Part shown: positions 1-9,120 of the stretch, one piece after another
Layout: every line of letters starts with the position of its first letter
How positions within the stretch are numbered: position 1 is the stretch's first letter
From: a virus
Lineage: Duplodnaviria > Caudoviricetes
Virus record (IMG/VR): IMGVR_UViG_3300011338_000520
Span: 1 to 26,718 of that record
Reading direction: 5' to 3' (one strand)
DNA length: 26,718 nt
Made by a program: the position numbers and the translations under genes
Notes under the pieces: generated by a model
The model's input: the letters and a program-made list of their open reading frames with translations, nothing else
Database searches by the model: none
Told to the model about the DNA's origin: nothing

Positions 1-29
1 ATGTTTCATCAAGAAGAGTAGACAAAGTA

Positions 30-692
30 TTGGCTGACTTTTACACTTTGGTAATGACATTGGCCTCGTTCATGCTTCTATTGACTACGTTCAACAATCC
101 ACACCTTTATTCTGCGTACCAGTACAGGTTGGGACTATTCCCAAAAGAGCAATCTTACGCCGAGTTTTACGATAAATATCTAGAATCAACCAAATCAGAG
201 ACGGGTTTCTATAAAAGAAAGCCAGATTCAGGTGATGAAATCTCTCATGATGAAGTTTTGGGAATATTTTACAACCTAATAAAAACAAACCCAGCAGCTT
301 CTATTGAATTTGCAATGAACATCTACAAGCACAGCGGAAGGGTTTACTCGTTTGAGAAAAACAAAGGAGATCTGGCCAGGTATGTTCTGAAGCACTTCGA
401 TCTAAGGGGAGTGGTGGCTCAAGCAGCCTTTGGGAGCGTTGATCTGGTCGACCAGACGCTTTGGTCTGGATCAATACTAGTCACTGCCTTCGATGGAGAT
501 CCTGGGTGCTCGTCAGATCTGCGAGCTTGGATTGCCGCTGAATTTGCCGATAAGAGCTATCTTCCACACCTTTCCATGGAAGTCTTCAGATGGAAGAAGA
601 AACGCGATGGAGAGACGGTTTACGACTGTTTTAAGCAATACTTCAGTCAGCGTCCCGATATCTATGAAGCAGCAAAAGGAGTGTCTTGGTAA
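30..692 (+). CDS. Hypothetical protein; start uncertain (frame is open to the window edge; alternatives are TTG30 and ATG54)
   Basis: 220-aa ORF; frame 3 has no stop from position 3; hydrophobic stretch near the N-terminus; no recognisable motif. Confidence 0.7.
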   Translation: MADFYTLVMTLASFMLLLTTFNNPHLYSAYQYRLGLFPKEQSYAEFYDKYLESTKSETGFYKRKPDSGDEISHDEVLGIFYNLIKTNPAASIEFAMNIYKHSGRVYSFEKNKGDLARYVLKHFDLRGVVAQAAFGSVDLVDQTLWSGSILVTAFDGDPGCSSDLRAWIAAEFADKSYLPHLSMEVFRWKKKRDGETVYDCFKQYFSQRPDIYEAAKGVSW

Positions 693-868
693 CCAAAGAA
701 GATCCTCAGCAAATCCAAGTCTCAATAGAAATGAACTCAAACAGGACTGAGGTGTGCATTATATTCACATGCTCAGAACCAATGGAGTCTGACCAACTTT
801 ATCAGGCATTAGAAACACTAATTAGATCTCATGGCGAAAAAATTGGAGAAGATCAATGCGCTCACTGA
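686..868 (+). CDS. Small hypothetical protein
   Basis: 60-aa ORF tiled between its neighbours with short overlaps; AAAGGAG upstream of TTG. Confidence 0.6.
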   Translation: MVTKEDPQQIQVSIEMNSNRTEVCIIFTCSEPMESDQLYQALETLIRSHGEKIGEDQCAH

Positions 869-1170
869 TAGAAGGACCGTGTACGATAAGGTTTTACCTA
901 GAGCCATCACTCAAAAGACCATGGCTTATTGAGATCCCAGACAGAAGCAAGTTTTACGGACACAAGATTATTAAAATGCGTGAACTCGATATAGACGTTT
1001 CAATGCATTCGGAGATAGACGAAACAAATGGAAAACAACGACGATACAAGCTGGTCACAGAACCATCAGTCTTCATTTATCACGATGACGAAGGATACTG
1101 CTGCATCACAAGAACCAGAGAAGAGCTCGAAGCCCTCGAAAACATCCCGTCCGTTCATGATGTCGGGTAA
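856..1170 (+). CDS. Hypothetical protein
   Basis: 104-aa ORF; GGAG upstream of ATG856; overlaps the previous ORF by 13 nt. Confidence 0.7.
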   Translation: MRSLIEGPCTIRFYLEPSLKRPWLIEIPDRSKFYGHKIIKMRELDIDVSMHSEIDETNGKQRRYKLVTEPSVFIYHDDEGYCCITRTREELEALENIPSVHDVG

Positions 1171-1324
1171 GTTCTATCTCGCAGTATTCAGGTCTAACGA
1201 CGGAAGGCCTTGCATATCAAATGGACTATACAGAGACGAAGAAGAAGCAAGAAAAGAACTCGGGAAAGACTTCTTAGGGCTTTACACCCACATCGATCCA
1301 TTCGAGTTCTTCTTTAAAGGTTAG
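1157..1324 (+). CDS. Small hypothetical protein (MMSGKFYLAVFRS..., 55 aa)
   Basis: The track ORF 1028..1324 overlaps the previous gene heavily; ATG1157/1160 gives a typical short overlap; the stop overlaps the stop of the convergent late gene. Confidence 0.55.
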   Translation: MMSGKFYLAVFRSNDGRPCISNGLYRDEEEARKELGKDFLGLYTHIDPFEFFFKG

Positions 1325-3933
1325 TTCTGCTTTTTGCTTTCAATACCTTTATCAAGCCTGTAACCGGCGTTACCAAGTCGAATAATATCCACAGAATGTC
1401 TTGCGGCAGATTGAGCGGATCTAGCTGTTTTGCTTGAGTTTCCAAGAGACTTTTCAGCTTCGAACATAAGGTCCGAAATAGTCCGGTTAAAATATGTTTG
1501 CTGTGCAGTATTCTGTCCTTTTAAAAATATTCTAGCAATAGTTCTGATATTTCTATCTGAAACTCCGTATGACGCGGCATCTTTTATTGCTTGAACCAGT
1601 TTTTCTTGCTCTGTAAAGCTAATTCTACCAGGATTAACTCTGGAGATTGAGTCAGACACAACAGCAAGTCTTTTGATTTTAGCAAAGGCCTCTTCACCGA
1701 AGATAGAAATCATGTTCTCTTTTACGTTCTTATTGGTGAATAGATCCAAAATACCCTTACCATCAACTTCGATTCTTCCAGTCTTAGGGTTTGGAACTAA
1801 GAACATCTCTTCTAAGTTATCAAAAACAGCCGCCTTAACGTTATCCATTGTGTCTTTTGCAACTACTAACTTAATAAGATCTACAGTCTCAGTGTTTGGA
1901 GAAAGTAATAGCTGCTTACCAAAAGAAGATGGGTCCTTTTTTAAGTGCTTATTTAACTCTCGAACATTATCAATTGTATCAGTTGTAAGAACTCGGTCTG
2001 CCCTGAATTTATCAGCAATAGCCTTTTGGCCACGTCTTTCAGCAACGTCCGTAACCGCGTCTAATTGAAGGTGGCTTACCACTCCGTAAAGCTCGCTAAT
2101 AATCTCTTCAGACTTGGATTGACCTCCAGCTAAAGCACCCTTCTTTTGAAAGTTTGCAACAGATTCTAAATATCTCTTTGTTGCATCAATCTCTGGAAGT
2201 TTTGCACCACGAGCGTTAGTGGCTCCATCAACATTAAATGGTAGCTTTCTGAATAAACCAGTATTTGAAGCAAGCTCCTGAGGATTAATCCCAGCCTTAA
2301 CAGCCATCTCCTCAACACGAGCTGGAGACATATTCTTAAACCTAGAAGGGATATTGTACTTATTGTCAGCTACCGGAATAATCTTTGGCAACTGCATGTT
2401 GTTTTCAATGACATTACCAAACCGATCGTAACCAAGACGCTTACTCTCGTAATAAAGAGACTTGATTGCCTCAAAAGCCTCCATCACTGGCTTTCTGTCT
2501 TTTACAACGCCCTTGCCTAGCTTAATCCCAGACATTGTCTCTAGGTCTAAACTTCCATCTGGCATTACTGCATCAGGGAAGTGCTTGGCTAAGATATCTA
2601 AAGTCTCATACATTGCATCATCAACTGAATGAGTGATCCCATTCTTCAGGGCGTAACGAGTCTGATCTACAATTACAGAGTTAATCTGAGACTTAACCTT
2701 CTGATTGAGTTCATCAATATAACTTATCGATTCACCACTAGATGTTTTACTTAATCTTCTAACATCAGTCGTTCCAATAGCATTAACGTCCTGTCTGACT
2801 TTGTTTAAACCATTAGAAACAGCAGCAAACTGTGCTTCGTCTTGCTTGGTTATTATTGGTCGGTAAAGTGGATCTTGGCGTTCAGCGATCTCTCTTGAAG
2901 TAACTAGACCAAGCTCTGGAATGTCAGAAGCAGCCTGACCAGGAGTAAGGTCAATTCCAAATTCAGATTTAGTTCCTTTTGCAAAAGCATCGGCTTTCTT
3001 TAAGGCCTCTGTTTCAATCTTTTTAGATTCCCTGTGTACTCCAATCGACTTAATAGTTGATTCATCAACAAGTCCTTGGATTACAGATCCAACAATAGAC
3101 GAAGCTCCAGACATGACAGCCATCGAGTCTGGGCTTGTTTTACCAATGTTCTTCTTTGCAAATTCAATAAAGGCTGGGTCATAGAAGTGTGAGGCAAACT
3201 TTTCGCCAGCATTAGTTCCTTGAGTAAGGTATGCAGCAGCTCCACTTACTAATCCTTGTCCCAAGATCTTAGCCCCTTTTAAAGCCATAGATCCAGCCCC
3301 AGGAGCAACCATTCCTGCACCAATATCAACAGCCATAGAAGCTGCATCGGAAGGAAGATCAACAACGCTCATTGCGTTTTGCATCTCCTCGTTGAACGCC
3401 TTAATAACTTGAGGAGGAGTGTTCTGGTCGATCTTAGTATATTCAAGATCGTCACCCATTCGGTAATAGGTAATTCCATTCTCACGCTTGATATCAGCAG
3501 ACTGAAATTCTGGTTTCTTGCTTGTTGGAACCAAAGAGATCGGAGTGTTCTTCATCTCCGCCTTGGCAGACTCTCTTCTATTTTGCTCTAATGCATTATC
3601 CCAAGATACTTGGATATTGAAGTTAAGACCGTCATCAACAGGAACAACCTTGTCACCATGGCCTAGCGACATGAGGATTGAGTTAACCTTCTCAACATCG
3701 CTTGACGGAGCTCTGGCAACGTCAATAACCTCTTCTTGAACTGGAGCAGGACTTGGAGCCACTGGGGTGTCAGATATCATCAATGAAGGATCTGTCTGAT
3801 CTGGTTGCACGCTCTGAACAGGAGCCTTTGCTGTTGATATCTCCATTCCAGGAAGACTGACCGATTCAATCTTTTCCTGCTTAGGAGCCAGTGAACTAGG
3901 TGACTGTGAGTGAGGATTATCTAGTGTAGCCAT
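1321..3933 (-). CDS. Large internal virion / DNA ejection protein (positional analogue of P22 gp16 / T7 gp16)
   Basis: 870 aa; last of three large genes after the tail fibre; low-complexity N-terminus, Gly/Ala-rich hydrophobic segment (DIGAGMVAPGAGSMALKGAKILGQGLVSGAAAY), helical C-terminus; TAATG coupling to the upstream gene. Confidence 0.7.
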   Translation of the reverse strand: MATLDNPHSQSPSSLAPKQEKIESVSLPGMEISTAKAPVQSVQPDQTDPSLMISDTPVAPSPAPVQEEVIDVARAPSSDVEKVNSILMSLGHGDKVVPVDDGLNFNIQVSWDNALEQNRRESAKAEMKNTPISLVPTSKKPEFQSADIKRENGITYYRMGDDLEYTKIDQNTPPQVIKAFNEEMQNAMSVVDLPSDAASMAVDIGAGMVAPGAGSMALKGAKILGQGLVSGAAAYLTQGTNAGEKFASHFYDPAFIEFAKKNIGKTSPDSMAVMSGASSIVGSVIQGLVDESTIKSIGVHRESKKIETEALKKADAFAKGTKSEFGIDLTPGQAASDIPELGLVTSREIAERQDPLYRPIITKQDEAQFAAVSNGLNKVRQDVNAIGTTDVRRLSKTSSGESISYIDELNQKVKSQINSVIVDQTRYALKNGITHSVDDAMYETLDILAKHFPDAVMPDGSLDLETMSGIKLGKGVVKDRKPVMEAFEAIKSLYYESKRLGYDRFGNVIENNMQLPKIIPVADNKYNIPSRFKNMSPARVEEMAVKAGINPQELASNTGLFRKLPFNVDGATNARGAKLPEIDATKRYLESVANFQKKGALAGGQSKSEEIISELYGVVSHLQLDAVTDVAERRGQKAIADKFRADRVLTTDTIDNVRELNKHLKKDPSSFGKQLLLSPNTETVDLIKLVVAKDTMDNVKAAVFDNLEEMFLVPNPKTGRIEVDGKGILDLFTNKNVKENMISIFGEEAFAKIKRLAVVSDSISRVNPGRISFTEQEKLVQAIKDAASYGVSDRNIRTIARIFLKGQNTAQQTYFNRTISDLMFEAEKSLGNSSKTARSAQSAARHSVDIIRLGNAGYRLDKGIESKKQN

Positions 3934-5624
3934 TATTTTTGAATCTCTCGTTTTGCATCTTGGATCATTCTATCCGCAATCTGTTTGATGATTCTAGGAT
4001 CTTTTATTTTTGGATTTGCAGCTCTAACCCTAGCCTGAACTTCTGATGGGCTAGAAATAGCGGTGTCGTAATCAGTGCCGCCAAGGTGGCGCTTAATCAT
4101 GGATCTCATAGTCTTACCGCCAGCCCCGGTAGTCATAAACTGTCTAGATGCTGTAGATTGGTAATTAGATCCGTTGTCGATCTGTTCTTTAAGAGACTTA
4201 CCAATACTGTCTTCTGCTTTCTTTTGAAGTCTTTGACCAATTCGTTGTGCAAGTTTTAAAGTCTTTTCGTTTGGCTCAATGTTTGGATTACCAAAAACAG
4301 AAGCAATGTATTCTTTCGCTCGGTCTAAGTTATTTCCGATACCAAGCTCTAAAACGTCTCTATCAGACAACTTTCCGCTGTCCATAGCCTTTGCCATAAC
4401 GTATGAGAACTGATTCAATTCTTTAGACGTATAGCTCATCTTCACGCCGTTTTTGTCAGTTTTACCTGCAATTACGTCGTTAATAAGAGCCATCTCTTTT
4501 TTGATAGGATTGTAGATTTCATTGACGTCCTTCATGATTGGTTCAACAATCTTAGGAAGACCTTCCTCTAATTTAGCAATTCCAGACATAGTATCAGCCG
4601 AATGCTTAAGCGCCATAGCCTGGCTAACAACCTTGACTGATTGATTTCTTAAATCTGCAATCTCTTTTTTGGTCATTCCAGAAGAGTTATTTAAACGAGC
4701 CTGAATTGTTCCAAGCTCATTTGAGAGTCTTTGGGCGCTTTTTTCCATTCCACCAACCCCGCCAATTTGGCTGAGATTTTCTTGAGCCTTTCCAACATCG
4801 GCAAGAGCGTTCTTAAGAGGATTAATCCTAGCAGAAGAAGCCTGTATTATGTCGTCTCTCTGCTTTAGGATCTGCTCCTGAGCAGCAACAGTGGCTTGAG
4901 TTGGCGGTCCAGAAGCCAACGCCGCGTATCTATCTCCAAGAACCTTTAGCTTTTCTTGTTCAGCGTCTCCTAAAGACGTTGCATAGTCAGGGCCTGTTAG
5001 TTGCTTCTGAGTGTCTGCAAATCTATTTCTAGCGGCAGAAGCTCTTGCAAGAAGATCTTTATCGCCCAATCCCTGTTGAGATGTGGCGGACTTAGTAAGA
5101 TCGAAATACTCTTTGTTGTAATCCTGCATCTTCTTAATAACCATCGGAAGATCGGAATAACCAGCAGTAGAGAGTAGATCTTCAAGACTTTGCTTCTGGG
5201 CTATCATCTTAGGGTCTTGGCTTGCTGGATTGTTAGGATCATCTACAGCTCTTGCGATCTGAAAGTACTGCTGAAAGATAGGAACGTTCTGTTTATCTCG
5301 AATAATTCCATTTTTAATAGCGTCTGAAAAAGTAGGCAGATTAAAAGAAGCTCTAGTTCTGTTGAGCTCATCCATTGCTTGGATCTTTAAATCAGAAGGT
5401 GTATTTGGATCTGTTACAAACTTAAGATTATCAAAAGTCTTTTCGTTTACTTGTTGCTTAAGTTTTTGGCCTTCCAGTTGCAACTTCTGCTGCTCAACAG
5501 CGTTGTTCATCTTAGCCGTCTCAGCAGCTTGACCAATTTTCATCCCAGTATCAAAAGCAGATCCAAACTGTTGAGTCAGTTGAATGTTTCCAGCTAGAGC
5601 TTGAGCAACGATATCAGCAGCCAT
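3933..5624 (-). CDS. Internal virion / ejection protein (P22 gp20-like position)
   Basis: 563 aa; Gln/Ala/Lys-rich coiled-coil character; N-terminal 'FGSAFDTGMKIGQ...QQKLQLE' pattern typical of podovirus ejection proteins; synteny. Confidence 0.7.
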   Translation of the reverse strand: MAADIVAQALAGNIQLTQQFGSAFDTGMKIGQAAETAKMNNAVEQQKLQLEGQKLKQQVNEKTFDNLKFVTDPNTPSDLKIQAMDELNRTRASFNLPTFSDAIKNGIIRDKQNVPIFQQYFQIARAVDDPNNPASQDPKMIAQKQSLEDLLSTAGYSDLPMVIKKMQDYNKEYFDLTKSATSQQGLGDKDLLARASAARNRFADTQKQLTGPDYATSLGDAEQEKLKVLGDRYAALASGPPTQATVAAQEQILKQRDDIIQASSARINPLKNALADVGKAQENLSQIGGVGGMEKSAQRLSNELGTIQARLNNSSGMTKKEIADLRNQSVKVVSQAMALKHSADTMSGIAKLEEGLPKIVEPIMKDVNEIYNPIKKEMALINDVIAGKTDKNGVKMSYTSKELNQFSYVMAKAMDSGKLSDRDVLELGIGNNLDRAKEYIASVFGNPNIEPNEKTLKLAQRIGQRLQKKAEDSIGKSLKEQIDNGSNYQSTASRQFMTTGAGGKTMRSMIKRHLGGTDYDTAISSPSEVQARVRAANPKIKDPRIIKQIADRMIQDAKREIQK

Positions 5625-5627
5625 AAA

Positions 5628-6398
5628 TCACCCCATTTTCCCAACAGCCTTACCAGCTAGCGCCCCAACAGCAGATCCAACTATAGTATTGTACATTCCT
5701 TGCCTTGCTTGCGCAGAGTACAGATCTCCAACGTTTCCAGCTCCAGCGGTTGAAGCATAACCGAGCTGAGTGTTGACCAGGGTCTTTTGTTGGTCTGACA
5801 AAGCATTCAATATACTGTTTGATTGATTCATCGATGTAGCGGCATTTTGATTAATATTACCAGCCAAGGCTCCATAAATTGAAGCGTTCTGGGCGTTGAT
5901 ATTTCCAAGATTCTGAATGTCTTGCTGACGAGCTAAGCCCGCTTGCTGACCAAACAATGCGTCGGCAGCCATTCCAGCAGAAGAAGATGAAGCGCCAGTT
6001 CCCATTCCAGCAACTTGACGGTTTAAGTTTTGCTGTCTTTCAATTTCAATTTGCTTTGAAATAGGTCCAGAATTTTGTCCAGACATAGCTGCACTTTGAG
6101 CTGCAAAACCTTGAGCAAGCACCGGACTGATTTGAGCAAGTAACGCACCAAGAGAATCGAGTTGAGACTTTTCAAAGCTTAAGAACTGTTGTTGATTTTG
6201 AAGTGCCAATGCTCTTTGATTGAGCATCTCGGCAGTGGGTTGAGCCATGTTTACCGCTACGCCAGTTTCAGACCGAACGTTCTCAGCAGCAGCTTGTGCC
6301 GCATCTCCAGCGTCTTTAGGGCCAAAGTAAAGAACCTCAGAAAGACCAAGTGTTCCAACTCCAGCGGCAACTCTTCCTACAGTATCAAAAAAACCCAT
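5628..6398 (-). CDS. Small ejection / DNA pilot protein (P22 gp7 / T7 gp14-like)
   Basis: 256 aa; Gly/Ala/Gln-rich, with hydrophobic Gly-rich N- and C-termini (MGFFDTVGRVAAGVGTLGLS; IVGSAVGALAG); synteny. Confidence 0.75.
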   Translation of the reverse strand: MGFFDTVGRVAAGVGTLGLSEVLYFGPKDAGDAAQAAAENVRSETGVAVNMAQPTAEMLNQRALALQNQQQFLSFEKSQLDSLGALLAQISPVLAQGFAAQSAAMSGQNSGPISKQIEIERQQNLNRQVAGMGTGASSSSAGMAADALFGQQAGLARQQDIQNLGNINAQNASIYGALAGNINQNAATSMNQSNSILNALSDQQKTLVNTQLGYASTAGAGNVGDLYSAQARQGMYNTIVGSAVGALAGKAVGKMG

Positions 6399-6401
6399 GA
6401 T

Positions 6402-8417
6402 CTACCTCTTTCTAGTCGCTACGATTGAAAACCTGTTTGATCCAGCAGCAACCAATGTGTTTGCAGAGTCAGACGCCCCGACTACTGAAACTGTTATCTG
6501 ACCAGGAGACATCTTACTTATCTGTCTAATCATTCCAATATTAGCAACAGCATTGGCCCCCGCTGTAGACGCCGAACTGAGTGACTGACCAGAAGTGAAC
6601 GACGAAATATCATTGTTACCGATGTTATTAATCCTTGCTCTGGCGGTAACTGTGCATGATCCGGCAGCCCTAGAGAAAGTAGCTAGATATTTAAACTCGT
6701 AATCACTCACACCATCAACAGCGTAGTTCTGTTGAAATAGGGTTCCTGCGCTGGTTGGAAGCGCAGAAGAGGTATAGTAACCAGTATGATAAAGCCTTGG
6801 TTCGTAATGCTTGGTTTCTTCTCCAGAGAAGATAGAAACGCTTTGGGTTTGAATCTGAGTTAAGAAAAGGTTTGTACTTGCTAAGTATTGATCAAGCATA
6901 AACAAGTCATCAACGTTAAACGATGACGCATTTCCTACGAAAATCTCAGAAGAAGATGTGTAGTTTTCAAATTGGAATACACTAACACTTCCGCTTGAAG
7001 ACGAAGAGAATCCAATAGAACAAAGATCTCCGGCAGTAGTGTCTGATGCTCCGATTGCTAATTGAGATGCAAACTCATTATCGACAAATAAGTAAACAAC
7101 TCCATTTAGAACCTTGATCACATACTCATGAATTACAGTTGTATCTAGAGGAATAAAGATCACTCCAGCATCACCAAAGTCAGAAATGGTAACGCCTTCA
7201 GTGGTGAATGAAACTGTGAAAGACCTATCTGCTGCGTCTTGTCTTACTTGAAGTCTAAATCCAGTCGCGGAAGACGTTGTAGCGGTTGTGTCTGAGACAG
7301 ACTGAACAAGCATTACTAACTTAATGTATGTATTAACAGTTGCGCTGGTAAGAGATACCTGAGGAACTGAAACAGACATTGAACTGGATGCGTTTGTAAA
7401 AGCGTTGTAAATACTGCTTACGTTTGTAATCGTTCCAGAAACAGAGAATCCAGTTGGAGCTGCTGAAAACATTGAAGCAACTTTTGCGGAAGGAATGTTT
7501 GCAGCAGGATCATACTCTCCAGAGAAGAATCCAAGCAAAGATGATCCTATAGACATAGATCCAATTGGACTAAGAAGTCCAAATGTTCCAGTTGAAATCT
7601 GAGTACCTTCTGCGACTCCATTTACATAAAGATTAGCAAGTCTAGAACCAGATGCAGGAGTGGCGTCAACAGATACTACGATGTTAAACCAGTTGCTTCC
7701 TGTGATGTTGGTCGTTCCAGTGATAGAAACAATGGCTTTTCTGGTGCTGTTTTCAGCAATGGAAGAAGTAAAAGAGAACTTAGCAAATCCGTTTGATGTG
7801 CATGAGATCTGTCCATTGATTTGAGGAATGGTTGCAATAACAGAACTCGTCTGAGCTCCTCGAACCCATAAACCAACAGTGATCTTTCCAGAAACGTTCT
7901 TAAAGAATTGCTGGAACACGTTGTTTGAAGCTCCACCAGCAATTAGGCTGCCCTCTCCAAACTTCTTGTTTGTAGTATCAAGAACTGTTGCGCAGCTCTT
8001 TTGGAAGGTAGTTCCAGGGGTCTGAGTGTAAGCTCCAGATACGGAAGACGAGACTTCATCAGCAAAGGTATTGAAAGTGTTAACAGTAAGAGCTTGAGAT
8101 GAAGCAGATACAAGATTTGCAATACTAATCTCGGGAGCGTCTTCCCAAGAAGCCTCACCGCTAATTGATTTAATCATGTAGCGAAGGCGCAAGATCTCAT
8201 CTTTAACCGAAGCTGCGTAGTTAGAACCAGAAATTGGACTTGGGTTAACAGTTTGTTGAGCGGCAGTTAGATTGAACACGTTATTCACAGTAGATGCGCC
8301 CTCCATCTCAGATGCGATGAAGTTGTTCAAAATATTATCGAACTCGTTATTCAGATCTTCATCTGTAAGAGTTTCGTCGTCTAACCAAATTTTTACACGA
8401 TTAAAGAGCGCCGAAAT
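6402..8417 (-). CDS. Tail fibre / receptor-binding protein with concanavalin A/LamG-like domain; proposed ATT start at 8417 (671 aa)
   Basis: The frame continues 30 codons upstream of the track start TTG8330 and encodes a typical tail-anchor N-terminus (SALFNRVKIWLDDETLTDEDLNNEFDNILNN); LamG-like motifs KKFGEGSL, ITVGLWVR, NWFNIVVS, LYVNGVAEG, NVDDL; Ser/Thr-rich. Confidence 0.8.
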   Translation of the reverse strand: MSALFNRVKIWLDDETLTDEDLNNEFDNILNNFIASEMEGASTVNNVFNLTAAQQTVNPSPISGSNYAASVKDEILRLRYMIKSISGEASWEDAPEISIANLVSASSQALTVNTFNTFADEVSSSVSGAYTQTPGTTFQKSCATVLDTTNKKFGEGSLIAGGASNNVFQQFFKNVSGKITVGLWVRGAQTSSVIATIPQINGQISCTSNGFAKFSFTSSIAENSTRKAIVSITGTTNITGSNWFNIVVSVDATPASGSRLANLYVNGVAEGTQISTGTFGLLSPIGSMSIGSSLLGFFSGEYDPAANIPSAKVASMFSAAPTGFSVSGTITNVSSIYNAFTNASSSMSVSVPQVSLTSATVNTYIKLVMLVQSVSDTTATTSSATGFRLQVRQDAADRSFTVSFTTEGVTISDFGDAGVIFIPLDTTVIHEYVIKVLNGVVYLFVDNEFASQLAIGASDTTAGDLCSIGFSSSSSGSVSVFQFENYTSSSEIFVGNASSFNVDDLFMLDQYLASTNLFLTQIQTQSVSIFSGEETKHYEPRLYHTGYYTSSALPTSAGTLFQQNYAVDGVSDYEFKYLATFSRAAGSCTVTARARINNIGNNDISSFTSGQSLSSASTAGANAVANIGMIRQISKMSPGQITVSVVGASDSANTLVAAGSNRFSIVATRKR

Positions 8418-8420
8418 AAG

Positions 8421-9119
8421 TCACCAACTGCTTTCTTTGAATAGTTTAGTTACTGCAAACCTACCGCCACCAGACAGGCTTATATGTTCTTTCATACTTC
8501 TAATAAAAACGCTTTTATCTTTAACATAAGCAATTAAATCACATCCAAGTTGACTTTGTACCACTGGTGTAACAGTTAAGCAGCCCTTTGTCCTTCTTGA
8601 TACAGACTTAACCTCAACGGTTACCCATTTGTCTCCCGATTTATATGAAACGTCTGGACCGTATTTCTTTGTTATTCTAGCCTCACACCCAAGATCTTTA
8701 AAGAAGTTATAAACCAAAACCTCAGCGTCTCTTCCTTTTCTGTGTATTGGGTTAGCCGTATCGTCAATAGACGAGATTCCTTTTAGTCTGTTCCTTCGCT
8801 CTGCAATTATAAGAGAGCAGTCATAGCAAACTCTGCCAGATGCGTACTTGCCATTTGTATATAACCTATATTCTTTGGGTCCAGGAAAGGTATCAAACAC
8901 AACAGAGCACTCTTTGCATGGTTGTGTGATCTTTGGAGACTTAGATCTTCTGATATACGGTTCTGTCTTCTTTCTTACTAATACCCTTCTCGAAACTCTT
9001 CTGCACTGATTACAGAGAGCACCCTGTAACTTCTTTCCGTCTAAATCACGAAACAAACCAGGACCATAGTTGGTCCGCTCTTTTGTTTCTTTGCATGATC
9101 TACAGACGTACTCACTCAC
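8421..9119 (-). mobile_element. Free-standing putative homing endonuclease: two CxxC...CxxC Zn-fingers plus a PD-(D/E)xK nuclease domain (232 aa from GTG9119)
   Basis: CRSC/CNQC and CKEC/CYDC; GRDAE...GPDV...VEVKS catalytic pattern; very basic; GGAGG 9 nt before GTG9119; sits between the nozzle and tail-fibre genes. Confidence 0.75.
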
Positions 9120-9120
9120 G

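Noticed and set aside
8421-9120. Group I intron carrying the endonuclease within the tail-fibre gene
   Set aside because: The whole interval is the endonuclease ORF with no flanking non-coding room or recognisable P/Q/R/S core; not fully excluded without RT-PCR
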